From an uncultured delta proteobacterium (GTDB taxonomy: Bacteria > Desulfobacterota > Zymogenia > Zymogenales > Zymogenaceae), in assembly GCA_963735595.1 (NCBI GenBank), contig CAVTLK010000005.1, forward strand, positions 352,001 to 416,000: a stretch of DNA of 64,000 nt, read 5' to 3'. The notes below the pieces were generated by a model. The model was given only the letters and a program-made list of their open reading frames with translations. It did not search any database and had not been told where the DNA came from. The translations under genes were made by a program, and so were the position numbers. This document shows positions 42,372 to 56,538 of the stretch, piece after piece; positions within the stretch are counted from its first letter, which is position 1; the number at the start of each line of letters is the position of its first letter.

Positions 42372-43397
42372 ATGAAACGAATCATCATTAAAGGGACGAA
42401 CTGGATCGGGGATGTCTTCCTGTCTCTGCCCGCGGTTTACTCCCTTTCGGCCATCTTTCCCGATGCCGCCATAGACATCGCCCTCAAGCGGCCGCTGGGG
42501 AGCCTCCTGGGCGGTGTCGACGTGATCGACTCGATGCTCGACTACGAAGCGACGCCTTCCGGGGAGATTGACCTGGTGCGCAGGATGAGGCGTACGCGCT
42601 ACGATATCGGTGTGATCTTTCCTCGCTCCCTCCATTCGGCGCTCCTGGTCTATTTCGGGGGGGCGCGTCGGCGCGTCGGGTATCTGGCGGACGGCCGGCG
42701 GCTGCTCCTGACCGACACAGTAGCCAGGACGCGCGAGATCAGGACCGTCCATCAGAGCCACTACTACCGGCATCTTGTATCGGTGCTCGGAGATCCCGGC
42801 CCCCTGGTCATCCCCCGCATCGGGCCCGAGGCGGAGGCTCAGGCGTGGGCCGATGATTTCCTGCGATCGGCGGGGCGCGGTCAGGGGCCGCTCATCGGCA
42901 TAAATCCCGGCGCGGCCTACGGGGATGCCAAGCGGTGGTTTCCAGACCGATTTGCCGCCGCGTCCGACCGACTGATCGGACGGTTCGGGGGCGACGCCCT
43001 TATCGTCGGGGGAGAAAAGGACAAGGAGATCGAGGCGGAGGTTGCGCGGTCCATGAGGTCCGTTCCGATCCGGGCGATGGGCGCCACTACGATCAAGCGC
43101 CTGATCGCCCTCATTGCCCGGTGCAGCCTCTTTATCACCAACGACTCAGGCCCGATGCATATCGCTGCGGCCCTCGGCGTACCGGTCGTCGCGATCTTCG
43201 GGCCAACCAACCCCGATACGACCTCTCCCATGGCGCCGATGGGCCGGTCGACCGTTATTTGGCACGAGTTCGAGTGCTCGCGCTGCCTGTTGCGAAGCTG
43301 TCCTATCGACCATCGGTGTATGAAATCGGTTACGGCCTCCGAGGTCTACGAGGCCGGGGCACGGCTATTATCGGGGGACCAAACCGCGGCCGATTGA
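42372..43397 (+). CDS. waaF: lipopolysaccharide heptosyltransferase II
   Basis: NWIGDV, NPGAAYGDAKRW, ITNDSGPMHIAAA, FGPT. Confidence 0.92.
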   Translation: MKRIIIKGTNWIGDVFLSLPAVYSLSAIFPDAAIDIALKRPLGSLLGGVDVIDSMLDYEATPSGEIDLVRRMRRTRYDIGVIFPRSLHSALLVYFGGARRRVGYLADGRRLLLTDTVARTREIRTVHQSHYYRHLVSVLGDPGPLVIPRIGPEAEAQAWADDFLRSAGRGQGPLIGINPGAAYGDAKRWFPDRFAAASDRLIGRFGGDALIVGGEKDKEIEAEVARSMRSVPIRAMGATTIKRLIALIARCSLFITNDSGPMHIAAALGVPVVAIFGPTNPDTTSPMAPMGRSTVIWHEFECSRCLLRSCPIDHRCMKSVTASEVYEAGARLLSGDQTAAD

Positions 43398-43632
43398 CCG
43401 TCCCGGCGGGGTAATAATATCTATGATAAGTACATGAAATATCCCGTAAAAATACCATAACCTATTGATTATATTGACTTATCGAGCTGCTTAATACATA
43501 GGCACTATCGGAAATCAATCGTCATTTCGAGATGTTACATACCTGTCACCGTCATTTATCAACAGGTTATCCAACGGCGGCCGTTGGATTGTATACATGA
43601 GCTATATGCATAGAAAAATATAACTATCGAGT

Positions 43633-44328
43633 ATGAAACGAGATACGGCTGAACGCCCGCGCGTCATAGAAAGCCTCGAGGGGGCAAACGGTGATATCAT
43701 CCTTTTCTCCCGCCGGACCCCGGACGGCGTCCGCTACGAGATCACGATCGGCGGCCACTTCGTCATGGCGGCCTCCGACGGGCCGACGGAGCGGCGCCTG
43801 GCTACGGCGGCGCTGTCCCTCGTAACAAAGGGCGCCGACATTGCGGTGCTGGTCGGCGGGCTCGGGTTGGGGCTGACGCTTGCCGAGACGCTCGTCGACC
43901 CGCGCGTTGGGCACGTTGTCGTCGCCGAGATGGAAGAGGGGGTTATCCGCTGGAACCGCACCTACCTGAAGGAATTCAACGATCGAGCGCTCTTTGACGG
44001 GCGGGTTACGGTTCGGGAGGGTGACGTCATGGAGGTCATCCGGAAGAGCCGCCGGGCTTTCGACGCCGTCCTCATGGACGTGGACAACGGGCCGTCGTTT
44101 CTGATCCTCGAACGAAACGAGCCTCTCTACACGAGACGCGGAATAAAGAAGATACGCCGATCTCTGACCGAAGGGGGTATCCTGGCGGTCTGGTCAAACC
44201 GGCCGGATGATCTCCTGGAAGAAACGCTCACGGAGGTCTTCGGAAACGTCGAGTGCGAGCTGATCGTCGACGAGAATCTCAGGGAAGACCTCCCGCCGAC
44301 TGCCATCTATACGGCGAAGAAATGCTGA
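43633..44328 (+). CDS. spermidine synthase-like SAM-binding protein
   Basis: VLVGGLGLGLTL, FDAVLMDVDNGP, GGILAVWS. Confidence 0.88.
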   Translation: MKRDTAERPRVIESLEGANGDIILFSRRTPDGVRYEITIGGHFVMAASDGPTERRLATAALSLVTKGADIAVLVGGLGLGLTLAETLVDPRVGHVVVAEMEEGVIRWNRTYLKEFNDRALFDGRVTVREGDVMEVIRKSRRAFDAVLMDVDNGPSFLILERNEPLYTRRGIKKIRRSLTEGGILAVWSNRPDDLLEETLTEVFGNVECELIVDENLREDLPPTAIYTAKKC

Positions 44329-44350
44329 ATCATGCGTTCAGGAGAATTGA

Positions 44351-44950
44351 ATGAAAAAGGTCCTGGTGATCCTTGCCCACCCCGATGAGAAGAGCTTTAA
44401 CGCTGCCATCGCCACGAGGTGCGCCGAGGCGCTTACCCGAAACGAGTATGAGGCGGTCGTCCACGATCTCTATCGGGAGGGATTCGACCCGATCCTGCCC
44501 GCGGCCGAGATACCCTTGGATGGGAAGGTCGATGCCGTTGTCGAGCGTCACTGCGGGGAGCTCGTTGAGGCCCACGGCCTCATCATCGTACACCCTAACT
44601 GGTGGGGGATGCCGCCGGCGATCCTGGCGGGGTGGGTAGACCGGGTCTTCCGGCCGGGGGTGGCGTACCGGTTTCGCGAGGGCGATAAAGAGGAGGGTGT
44701 TCCGATCGGGTTGCTTGCCGGGAAAACGGCGCTGGTGTTCAACACCTCGAACACCGCCCGCGAACGGGAGCTTGCCGTCTTCGGCGATCCCCTCGAGGCG
44801 TTCTGGAAGACATCTATTTTCGATTTCTGCGGGATAACCGAGCATTACCGGCGAACGTTTTCGGTCGTCGTCACGAGCACCGAAGCGGGACGCGAGATAT
44901 GGCTTGCCGAGGCCGCCGCGACGGTCGATCGGCACTTTCCGAAGGAGTAA
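44351..44950 (+). CDS. NAD(P)H-dependent oxidoreductase, flavodoxin-like fold
   Basis: AHP...SFN, DLYREGFDP, HPNWWGMPPAILAGWVDRV. Confidence 0.92.
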   Translation: MKKVLVILAHPDEKSFNAAIATRCAEALTRNEYEAVVHDLYREGFDPILPAAEIPLDGKVDAVVERHCGELVEAHGLIIVHPNWWGMPPAILAGWVDRVFRPGVAYRFREGDKEEGVPIGLLAGKTALVFNTSNTARERELAVFGDPLEAFWKTSIFDFCGITEHYRRTFSVVVTSTEAGREIWLAEAAATVDRHFPKE

Positions 44951-45038
44951 CGATCAGGCATGGATATAAAGGGGATTCTATATAACCCTATTTCTCAGTT
45001 TTAGCCGCGGTGTCAACCGAATAAGGCAGTGCGTCACC

Positions 45039-45905
45039 TCAATTCAACCTAAAAACCCTTCCTACCGCCGATCGGAACAGCAAGAGGCGGGACCGGAGCG
45101 TTGCCCTTTCGATGCCCGCCAAGAGCACCGTGTCGCTTCCCGCGTATCCTCTTATAATCATTGAGAAATCGTCGTCCTGAAGCTTTTGCCTTATCGATTT
45201 CAGCTTGCGCAGCGAGCGCAGCAGCCGCCTCAGGTTTCGTATCCGTCTTCGCCGCCCGAGTTCCGGATGAACCGCCGCCTTGTCGAAATCAATAATGTAG
45301 ACTGCGCCCTTTTTGTCCACGAGGATGTTATTCATGTTAAGGTCGGCGTGGTCAATCCCGGCATCGTGCATTGCTCTGACGGCCGCTCCGGCCCTTTTCA
45401 GGATAGCCGCAAGGCGGTTGGTGTCGCCCCGGTTTTCCCCGATGAATACGGGAAGCGTCCATGAGCCCGGTATCAACCGGGTCGCGATGCGGCCGCGGTG
45501 CCAGATAAGTCCCGCGCGTGTCGATGACGCCCCGACGACCTCCGGCACGGGGACGCCCAGCGTGCGCGCCCGCGCCAGGACGGCGAGCTCACGGAAGGGC
45601 CGGGATGAACAGAGATAGCGGTCGAAGAGGACCTTCCCGATTAGCCCGCCGCGCCGGTAACGGCGCAGCACGACGTCGCCGATCCCGTCAATCGCGTGGA
45701 CGGATGTCGATCCCCGGCCGCCGGAAAGTGCAGTCCGTGCCGTCTGCGGAAGGAGAGGCTCCCCTGTCAGGATTCGCGATAGTGGGCGGGAACTCTCGTA
45801 TTTCTTTTGGAGGATGAGGGTTTCGATTCCTTTTGTGCGCAGGACGAAACCGGGCGGCGTGGTCTCCGTTGGGGCCGGGTGGGGATTCCGATAGTCCTTC
45901 CTCAT
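45039..45905 (-). CDS. kdkA: Kdo kinase-like lipopolysaccharide kinase
   Basis: LRRYRRGGL, RPFREL, MHDAGIDHADLNMNNIL, IIDFD, NLRRLLRSLRK. Confidence 0.82.
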   Translation of the reverse strand: MRKDYRNPHPAPTETTPPGFVLRTKGIETLILQKKYESSRPLSRILTGEPLLPQTARTALSGGRGSTSVHAIDGIGDVVLRRYRRGGLIGKVLFDRYLCSSRPFRELAVLARARTLGVPVPEVVGASSTRAGLIWHRGRIATRLIPGSWTLPVFIGENRGDTNRLAAILKRAGAAVRAMHDAGIDHADLNMNNILVDKKGAVYIIDFDKAAVHPELGRRRRIRNLRRLLRSLRKLKSIRQKLQDDDFSMIIRGYAGSDTVLLAGIERATLRSRLLLFRSAVGRVFRLN

Positions 45906-45932
45906 TGCCGTCCGCCTGTTACCCGTTACCCA

Positions 45933-47057
45933 TTATATATACACCCTCGGCACCCGCTTGCCGATGAGGCACGTGATCTCGTAGTTGATCGTCGAGAGTT
46001 TTTCTGCCATCTCGTCGGTGGATATCTCGGCGGCGCCCTGCCTTCCCATGAGGACGACCTCGTCGCCGACGGCGGCACCCTTGATGTGTGTTACGTCAAT
46101 CATCGTCATATCCATGCAGATGCGCCCGATGACGGGGGCGCGTTCGCCGCGCACGAGGACCTCGTAGTTGTTGGACAAGAGCCGCCGGTAGCCGTCGGCA
46201 TATCCGATCGGCAGCGTCGCCACGTCCGTCTCTGCGGCCGTGACGTAGGTGCCCCCGTAGCTGATGGGCGTGCCCGGAGGGACGCGCTTGAGAAAGCGAA
46301 TCCTCGTCGCGAGGGTCATAGCCGGCGTAAGCGGTATCGAGCGCCTGACTTCCCGGGAGGGGTAAAGGCCGTAGATCATGATCCCCGGCCGCACCATGTC
46401 GAGGTAGGAGGCCGGAAACGCCAGCACGCCGCCGGAGTTGGCCATGTGGCGGATGGGGATGTCGATCCCCCGGGAAGAAAGCTCGCCGAGGAGCCCCGTG
46501 AAAGTCTCAATCTGGTTACTGGTGAAGGCCGGGTCGGCCTCGTCCGATTTCGGGAAATGGGTGAATATACCCTCGATGATGAGGTTCGGCAGTCGCTGCA
46601 GAAAGGCGATGTAGTCAAGCGTTTCGGCCGGGGTGATCCCGACGCGGCCCATGCCGGTATCGACCTTCACGTGGACTTTGGCCGGACGTTCGGCCGGGGC
46701 GCCGGCCGAGAGGGCCCGCGGGCTTTCGGTGTCAGAGACCGACTGGGCCAGGTCGAATTGCAGGACGGTCTCGATTGACTCGGGCGGGGCGGCGCCGAGG
46801 ATCAAGACAGGCGCTGAGATCCCGGCCCCGCGGATCTCCACCGCCTCCTGTGCGTAGGCGACGCCCAGGTGCGTCGCGCCGGCCCCGAGCGCGGTGCGCG
46901 CCACCGGCACGGCGCCGTGTCCGTAGCCGTCGGCCTTGACCACGGCCATGATATTAACACGGCCGCCGACCAGCCCCCTGATCCCCTGGATGGAGCCCGC
47001 TACCGCCGAGAGGTCGATAACGGCCCGTGTGTCCCTGATAACGGATTCATCATACAT
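45933..47057 (-). CDS. alr: alanine racemase
   Basis: AVVKADGYGHG, HVKVDTGMGRVG, GYADGY, GRICMD, TINYEI. Confidence 0.98.
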   Translation of the reverse strand: MYDESVIRDTRAVIDLSAVAGSIQGIRGLVGGRVNIMAVVKADGYGHGAVPVARTALGAGATHLGVAYAQEAVEIRGAGISAPVLILGAAPPESIETVLQFDLAQSVSDTESPRALSAGAPAERPAKVHVKVDTGMGRVGITPAETLDYIAFLQRLPNLIIEGIFTHFPKSDEADPAFTSNQIETFTGLLGELSSRGIDIPIRHMANSGGVLAFPASYLDMVRPGIMIYGLYPSREVRRSIPLTPAMTLATRIRFLKRVPPGTPISYGGTYVTAAETDVATLPIGYADGYRRLLSNNYEVLVRGERAPVIGRICMDMTMIDVTHIKGAAVGDEVVLMGRQGAAEISTDEMAEKLSTINYEITCLIGKRVPRVYI

Positions 47058-47097
47058 AGGATAGTGCCCGATTATAAGGCGCCGATAAATGCTTGAT

Positions 47098-48042
47098 TTA
47101 CGGACGCAGCCGCACGAGATAGATGCCGTCGCTTTTCGTACCGACCCATATGGTTTGGTCCGGCCCGGCCGTAAGCGAGGTTATCCCGATGGGGGCGTTA
47201 CCTTCCGCCGAAAAGGATTCAAACGCTCCCCCCTTCGTCGAGGCATAGAGCCCCGTATCGGAAGCGATGACGGTGGTCTCGCCGTATACGAGGAACGCCG
47301 TTATCCTGCCCGGTTTTCCGGGCAGCGCGACATTACGCAGGCCGTCGGCGGAAAGCACGAACGCCCCGCCGGCGTCCGTCCCGATTAAAAGGCGGTCCCC
47401 GTCGACCAGGAGCGCCCGGACAGTCCGGCCCGAAAGCTCGCCGACCCACCCGGTCTTTGCTGCAAACGCGCCCCCAATGATCAGGAGTCCGCCTTTCCGG
47501 TGCGCGCGGTCGCGTGCGCCGGCGATGATCGTGCCGTCTTCGGCCGCTGCAAGCGCCGTGACGCCCGTATCCCTGATGATCGTATGGAGCGCCCCGTCGG
47601 GGCCGGCGTAGTAGAGGCCGGAATCGGAGCCGATGGTCACGATGCCGAACCGGGCCGCAATCGCGGTGATCTTCATTCCCGGGTCTACGGGAAACCGCGA
47701 CGCCGTCCAGAGGTCATCCCGGTCGGTAATGCGGTAGATAAACCCGGGGGACGTGGCGGCCCAGAGGTCCCCGGCAGGGTCCTGCGACAGGGCGACGGCC
47801 GGGATTTTTTGAAAGATCGGCAGGAAGTAGTAATCGGAAAGGATATGCAGCCCCCCCGCCGAGGCGATAAAGACGCCGGCGTTACCGGCGGAAGAGACGG
47901 CGTTGACCGTGTTATCAAAGAGCCCCTCCTCCGCCGTCCGGTGGTCGATGATCTCGAGCTGCCCACACCAGGCCGGGACCCAGAGGCAGGAAACCAGCAT
48001 CAAGGATAACCAGAGCATCGGTAAAATTCTCTGTTTCGTCAT
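47098..48042 (-). CDS. exported beta-propeller-like protein
   Basis: Signal peptide MTKQRILPMLWLSLMLVSCLWVPAW; repeated blade-like units (ITAI...IGSDSGLY; IWVGT..GIY). Confidence 0.72.
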   Translation of the reverse strand: MTKQRILPMLWLSLMLVSCLWVPAWCGQLEIIDHRTAEEGLFDNTVNAVSSAGNAGVFIASAGGLHILSDYYFLPIFQKIPAVALSQDPAGDLWAATSPGFIYRITDRDDLWTASRFPVDPGMKITAIAARFGIVTIGSDSGLYYAGPDGALHTIIRDTGVTALAAAEDGTIIAGARDRAHRKGGLLIIGGAFAAKTGWVGELSGRTVRALLVDGDRLLIGTDAGGAFVLSADGLRNVALPGKPGRITAFLVYGETTVIASDTGLYASTKGGAFESFSAEGNAPIGITSLTAGPDQTIWVGTKSDGIYLVRLRP

Positions 48043-48348
48043 TGGATTTCTACTGCTCCACGATCCGTCTTCAATACGACACGGCCCGCGGCGGTTCGTT
48101 CCGCTTGCACCGGGGTGATAAGGCCCTGCGTCCGACGATACGAAACACCCGGAACCTCGTCGGTTATCCGGGACAGTCAATTGCTCAATTGCTTCGACGG
48201 GGCCCGGCGCCCCGGCCGTATATTTATTACTTACTGTAGTATATAATATGGATTGCCGTGATAGTACAATAAAAAAATCGAGATTTCAATTCTCTTGACA
48301 TTGCCAACGCACGGAGTTTAATATACTATTTTTCCTCAGGGGGAGATT

Positions 48349-49236
<888 letters not shown>

Positions 49237-49268
49237 GTTCGTCGGTAGATTCCGGGAGGAGTAAGGAT

Positions 49269-49670
49269 ATGAAAAAGATTGCCATTCTTTTCCTTGCGCT
49301 CTTCACAATGGTCACGGTCGCGTACGCCGGCAGTACGGTCGCCAAGCCGGCTACGCTCAAATTCAACGATTGCCCCAAAGGGCTGAAGGTCGTCAAGTAC
49401 GGCCTCAACTACATCACCAGCGGCCCTAACCGGGGCAAGGCCCGCGTGTACGTGAAGGTCCGCGCGTTGGACTCGGTCCTGCTCGGCTGCGCCTATCTCA
49501 AGGTCTATACCGAGGACGGGAAAGTAATCTACAAAGGAAAGAAGCGAATAAAGCTCTTCATGGGAAGCGAGGATACCTACGGCGCGTATGTCCCGGCCGC
49601 GCGTATCAAAGGAGGGGACATCAAGGCCGAGATCGGGGTGGGGTGCAGCTGCGGAAGGGGAGGATACTGA
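49269..49670 (+). CDS. hypothetical secreted protein (133 aa)
   Basis: Signal peptide MKKIAILFLALFTMVTVAYA, GGAGGAG SD; ends GVGCSCGRGGY. Confidence 0.8.
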   Translation: MKKIAILFLALFTMVTVAYAGSTVAKPATLKFNDCPKGLKVVKYGLNYITSGPNRGKARVYVKVRALDSVLLGCAYLKVYTEDGKVIYKGKKRIKLFMGSEDTYGAYVPAARIKGGDIKAEIGVGCSCGRGGY

Positions 49671-49732
49671 CCCGACCACGATCGACCGCGGAGTCCCCGG
49701 ATTCATCTACCTGTTTATTTACGGAACCGATT

Positions 49733-51797
49733 GTGACAAAAGAACTGCTGTTTGAAATTGGTACGGAGGAGATCCCGGCCGGATTTGTCGGCCCGGCGCT
49801 GACGGCGATGGAGGGGCTCTGCAAGGAACTCCTGGATACGTATCGCATCGACGCGGGCGCCGTCACTACCCTGGGAACCCCCCGAAGGCTCGTGCTGATC
49901 GTCGAGGGCGTGTCCGAAAGCCAGCGGCCCGAAACCGTCGAAAAGATCGGGCCGCCGGTATCGGTATGCCTGGGGCCGGACGGCAAACCCAACGAAAAGG
50001 CCGTTGGATTTGCCAGGGGGCAGGGCGTTGCCGTCGAGGACCTCAAGCGGGTAAAAACCGATAAGGGCGAATACATGGCGGCCGTCAGAGAGGACAAGGG
50101 CCGTCCTACCTCAGACGTGCTGCCCGAGATACTGACCAGGCTGATTTCCGATATCCCTTTCAAGAAGAGCATGCGCTGGATGGACCAATCGGTCCGCTTC
50201 GTTCGGCCCGTTCACTGGATCGTGGCCGTCTTCGGCGGGCAGGTCGTCCCGCTGACCTTCGGCAATATCACCAGCGGTAACCTCACCCGGGGGCACCGCT
50301 TTCACGCGCCGCAGCCGATCGCAGTCAGCGGACGCCAGGGATTACCGGAAAAAGATGAAGGAGGCGTTCGTTATCGTCGATCCCGACGAGCGGCGCGGCC
50401 TCATCGAGCGCCAGGTGACCGAGGTCGCCGCGTCCTGCGGGGGCGCGGTGCTGCCCAATCCGGGGCTGGTCGAGGAGATCGTATACCTGACGGAGTTCCC
50501 CTTTGCGGCGGCGGGCGTCATACCAGAGAAGTACCTCGTCCTCCCCAAGGACGTGATGGTCACCGCCATGCGCTCCCACCAGCGCTACTTCTCGGTGGTG
50601 AACGGCCGGGGCGAAATCGTGCCCCGCTTCATCACGGTAAACAATACGAAGCCCACGGATATCTCCCTGGTCATGCGGGGAAACGAGCGCGTCCTGGCGG
50701 CGCGGCTCGAGGACGCGCGCTTCTACTTCGAGGAAGACCTCAAGGTCAAGCTGGCCGACCGGGTCGAGGCCCTGAAGACGGTCGTCTTTCACTCCAAGCT
50801 CGGGACGTCCTACGAGAAGGTAATGCGGTACCGGGAGCTTTCCGGATGGCTTGCCGACCGGCTGGCGCCCGAGAAAAAGGAAGACATCCTGTCTGCGGCG
50901 TTCCTTGCCAAGGCCGATCTCGACACCGGCATGGTCGCCCAGTTCCCGACGCTCCAGGGAGCGGTGGGAAGGGAATATGCCGTCCGGGAAGGGATCAAGC
51001 CGTCGGTAGCGGCCGCCATCAGCGAGCACTACCTCCCCCAGGGCGCGAAAGACCCGTTGCCGGAAGGCATCGAAGGGACGCTCGTGTCGCTGGCCGACAA
51101 GATGGACACCGTCTGCGGGTTCTTCGGGGTGGGGCAGACGCCGACTGGCGCTGCGGACCCCTATGCGCTGAGGCGAAACACCATCGCGATCCTCAACATT
51201 ATCGTCGGCAAGAAGCTGAGGCTGTCGCTCGTGGAATTTATCGACGCGGCGGTCAACAACCTTGCCGGCAAGATCACCAAGACGCCTGCCCAGACGAAGA
51301 TCGATGTCCTCGATTTCTTCAGGGGGAGGTTCTCCGGCATACTCGTGGGCGAGGGATACCACGCCGACGTCGTGGAGGCGGTCCTCTCGGTATGGATGGA
51401 CGACGCGGTCTCTTCCAAGAAACGCGCGGCGGTGCTCTCGGTATGGAAGGGCCGCCCCGAATTCTCGGACCTGGCCGGCTCCATCAAGCGAGTGGCCAAC
51501 ATCCTCAAGGGTAAGGAGACCGGCGCGCCCGACGAATCGCTCCTTAAAGAGGACGTCGAGCAAAAGCTCCTTGCCGCGTACAAAAAGGCGCAGGGCGAGA
51601 TAGACACGCTCCTCTCGTCGGAGGATTATGATTCGGCGCTGGGGGTTCTGCTGAAGCTGAAGGCCCCGATCGACGAGTTCTTCAACGGCGTCATGGTCAT
51701 GGACAAGGACGAGAAGATCCGCGACAGCCGCCTGGCACTCCTGAACCTGGTCCGCTCGCTCTTCATGAAACTCGGGGATTTCTCGCTGATCGAATGA
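49733..51797 (+). CDS. glyS: glycine--tRNA ligase beta subunit (frameshift near 50330)
   Basis: LLFEIGTEEIP, TPRRL, KSMRW, GHRF; then in another frame HQRYF, GNERVLAARLEDARFY, DPYALRR. Confidence 0.96.
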
Positions 51798-51917
51798 CGG
51801 GTCCCTATATATATAAGGGCGTAAGGGGATAATGGCGTAAGGGCATCGGGGCGCCGTCCGTAACTGTAATTATATATACACTCCACTGGATAGATCCGAC
51901 TCAAAAGGAGACTGACG

Positions 51918-54599
<2,682 letters not shown>

Positions 54600-54623
54600 C
54601 CGACGGGGGGGCAGCGCCCCCCA

Positions 54624-55120
54624 CCGTCATTGCGGATAAAGCGAAGCACGGTGACAGTGGGGGGACTGCTATGACACTTCTCCGTCATTGCGAGCGCAGC
54701 GAAGCAATCCCCTTGTTGTACGGTGACAGTCGGGAGGTTGCCGCGTCGGCCCCGATGGGGCCTCCTCGCAATGACGACGAAGTGGGTGAGCGGAATTCCG
54801 ACGGCACTTCTCCGTCATGGCGAGCGTAGCGAAGCAATCCCCTTGTTGTACGGTGAAGACGGGTAACAGTGAGGGGATTGCCGCGTCGGCCCCGATGGGG
54901 CCTCCTCGCAATGACGGCGGAGTGGGTGAGCGGGATTCCGACGGCACTTCACCGTCATTGCGAGCGCAGCGAAGCAATCCCCTTGTTGTACGGTGAAGAC
55001 GGGTGACAGTGGGGAGGTTGCCGCGTCGGCCTGGCGGCCTCCTCGCAATGACAATAATAGTCGTCGCCGAGGGCGACGTCGTTAAGCATTGCCGCGGCCC
55101 CTCCGGGGCCTCGCAAAGAC
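54624..55120. repeat. array of CGTCATTGCGAG...CTCGCAATGACG palindromic repeats (about 3 units of 130-140 bp plus partial arms)
   Basis: Units start at about 54682, 54812 and 54952, with inner GCAATCCCC/GGGGATTGC arms and shared spacers. Confidence 0.9.
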
Positions 55121-55148
55121 ATTCCAACCGTATCAGTGAGGTGACGTC

Positions 55149-56201
55149 GTGACCGAAACCAAGGAGACGACCGAGAAGAAGGAACCGATCGAAAAAAAGG
55201 TACCGACCGAGAAGAAGGAACCGATCGAAAAGAAGGAGCCGGCCGAAAAGAAGGTAAAGACCACGTTCGTCGCGTTCTCCGGGACGGGTTCGGCCCTGCT
55301 CGGATACGCGGCCGCCCTCATCCTGTGCGGCGCGCTGGCCTTTATCCCCCTGCCGTTCGTGACGGTCGCGGTACGGAAATGGTTTTACCGCTGCCTCTCG
55401 GTTACCGATTCGGGCACGCCGGTCTCCGTTTCGTTTGACGGGAGCGCGGCCGCCCTCCTGAAATACTGGATACCGTCTCTCGTCCTCTTCGCGGTGACGG
55501 GCGTCTCGCTTTTCTTCGGTATCACCGAGAAGTCCGAAGGGTTCCTGACGTTCCTCCTGATCACGATCTCCATCCTCGCGCTGGTGCCCCAGGCGTGGCT
55601 CTGGGCCGCAAAGCACACGTACACGGTTGCCCATACGAAGGCGTCGATTGGCTCTGTCCCGGTGACGTTCGCCTTTTCCGGGAAGGGGACGACGGCGCTC
55701 TGGCACGGGCTGAAGATGCTCTTTTCGGCCTTTGCCGCGGGCCTCCCCATGCCGTGGGCGCTCACGGGTGCGGTTTCCTGGTGCCTGGGGGCCACCGATA
55801 TAAAGGCCGGGACCGACTTCCGGCCATCCTTCTCCGGCAAGGGCGGGTCGCTTTTCTGGTACGGAGTGGGCTTTGCGATCGCTCCCTTTTTCGCCTTCCT
55901 CATCGCCCCCTCGCTGGTCCGGGGCCTGCTGGCCTGGGCCGCCCGCTACACCAATGTCATCGGGCTGGAACGGACGGTCGAGTTCGAATTCACCGGGAAG
56001 GCCGGCCCGATCTTCGGGTACGTCTACCTCCTGCTCGGCCTCGGGGTCCTGGGGCTTATCCTCAACCTGCTGTTGGCCGAGGTCGCGCCCGAGCCGGCCC
56101 GTTTTGCGCTGGTGAGTGCGCTGTTCGTCTTCACGGTCCCCTTTATTGCCGCCGCCTTCCTCAGGTGGTGCGCGCAGAACCTCGACGTCGTCAAGAAATA
56201 G
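55149..56201 (+). CDS. hypothetical membrane protein (DUF898/YjgN-like) with N-terminal EKKEP repeats
   Basis: Repeated F(S/T)G(K/T)G modules each followed by TM pairs; 36-bp duplication at 55170-55241. Confidence 0.72.
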   Translation: MTETKETTEKKEPIEKKVPTEKKEPIEKKEPAEKKVKTTFVAFSGTGSALLGYAAALILCGALAFIPLPFVTVAVRKWFYRCLSVTDSGTPVSVSFDGSAAALLKYWIPSLVLFAVTGVSLFFGITEKSEGFLTFLLITISILALVPQAWLWAAKHTYTVAHTKASIGSVPVTFAFSGKGTTALWHGLKMLFSAFAAGLPMPWALTGAVSWCLGATDIKAGTDFRPSFSGKGGSLFWYGVGFAIAPFFAFLIAPSLVRGLLAWAARYTNVIGLERTVEFEFTGKAGPIFGYVYLLLGLGVLGLILNLLLAEVAPEPARFALVSALFVFTVPFIAAAFLRWCAQNLDVVKK

Positions 56202-56206
56202 GCGGT

Positions 56207-56538
56207 AATGACGGCGAAGTGGGTGACAGTGAGGGGATTGCCACGCCCCCTCCGGGGCCTCGCAATGACGGTAAAGTGGGTGAGCGGGATTCCGTCGTCA
56301 CTTCTCGGTCATTGCGAGGGAGTGAAGGAGATTGCTTCGCTTCGCTCGCAACAGGCTCCGCAATCCCCTTGTTGTACGGGGAAGTCGGGTGACAGTGAGG
56401 GGATTGCCGCGTCGGCCTGGCGGCCTCCTCGCAATGACCGCGAAGTGGGTGAGTGGTGTTCCGACGGCACTTCTCCGTCATTGCGAGGGAGCGAAGGAGA
56501 TTGCTTCGCTTCGCTCGCAACAGGCTCCGCAATCCCCT
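56207..56538. repeat. palindromic repeat array left of the GIY-YIG gene
   Basis: Same CTCGCAATGAC, GTCATTGCGAG and GCAATCCCC motifs. Confidence 0.9.

Noticed and set aside
43400..43632. Replication origin
   Set aside because: Only one or two imperfect DnaA boxes, and no dnaA/dnaN/gidA context in the window.
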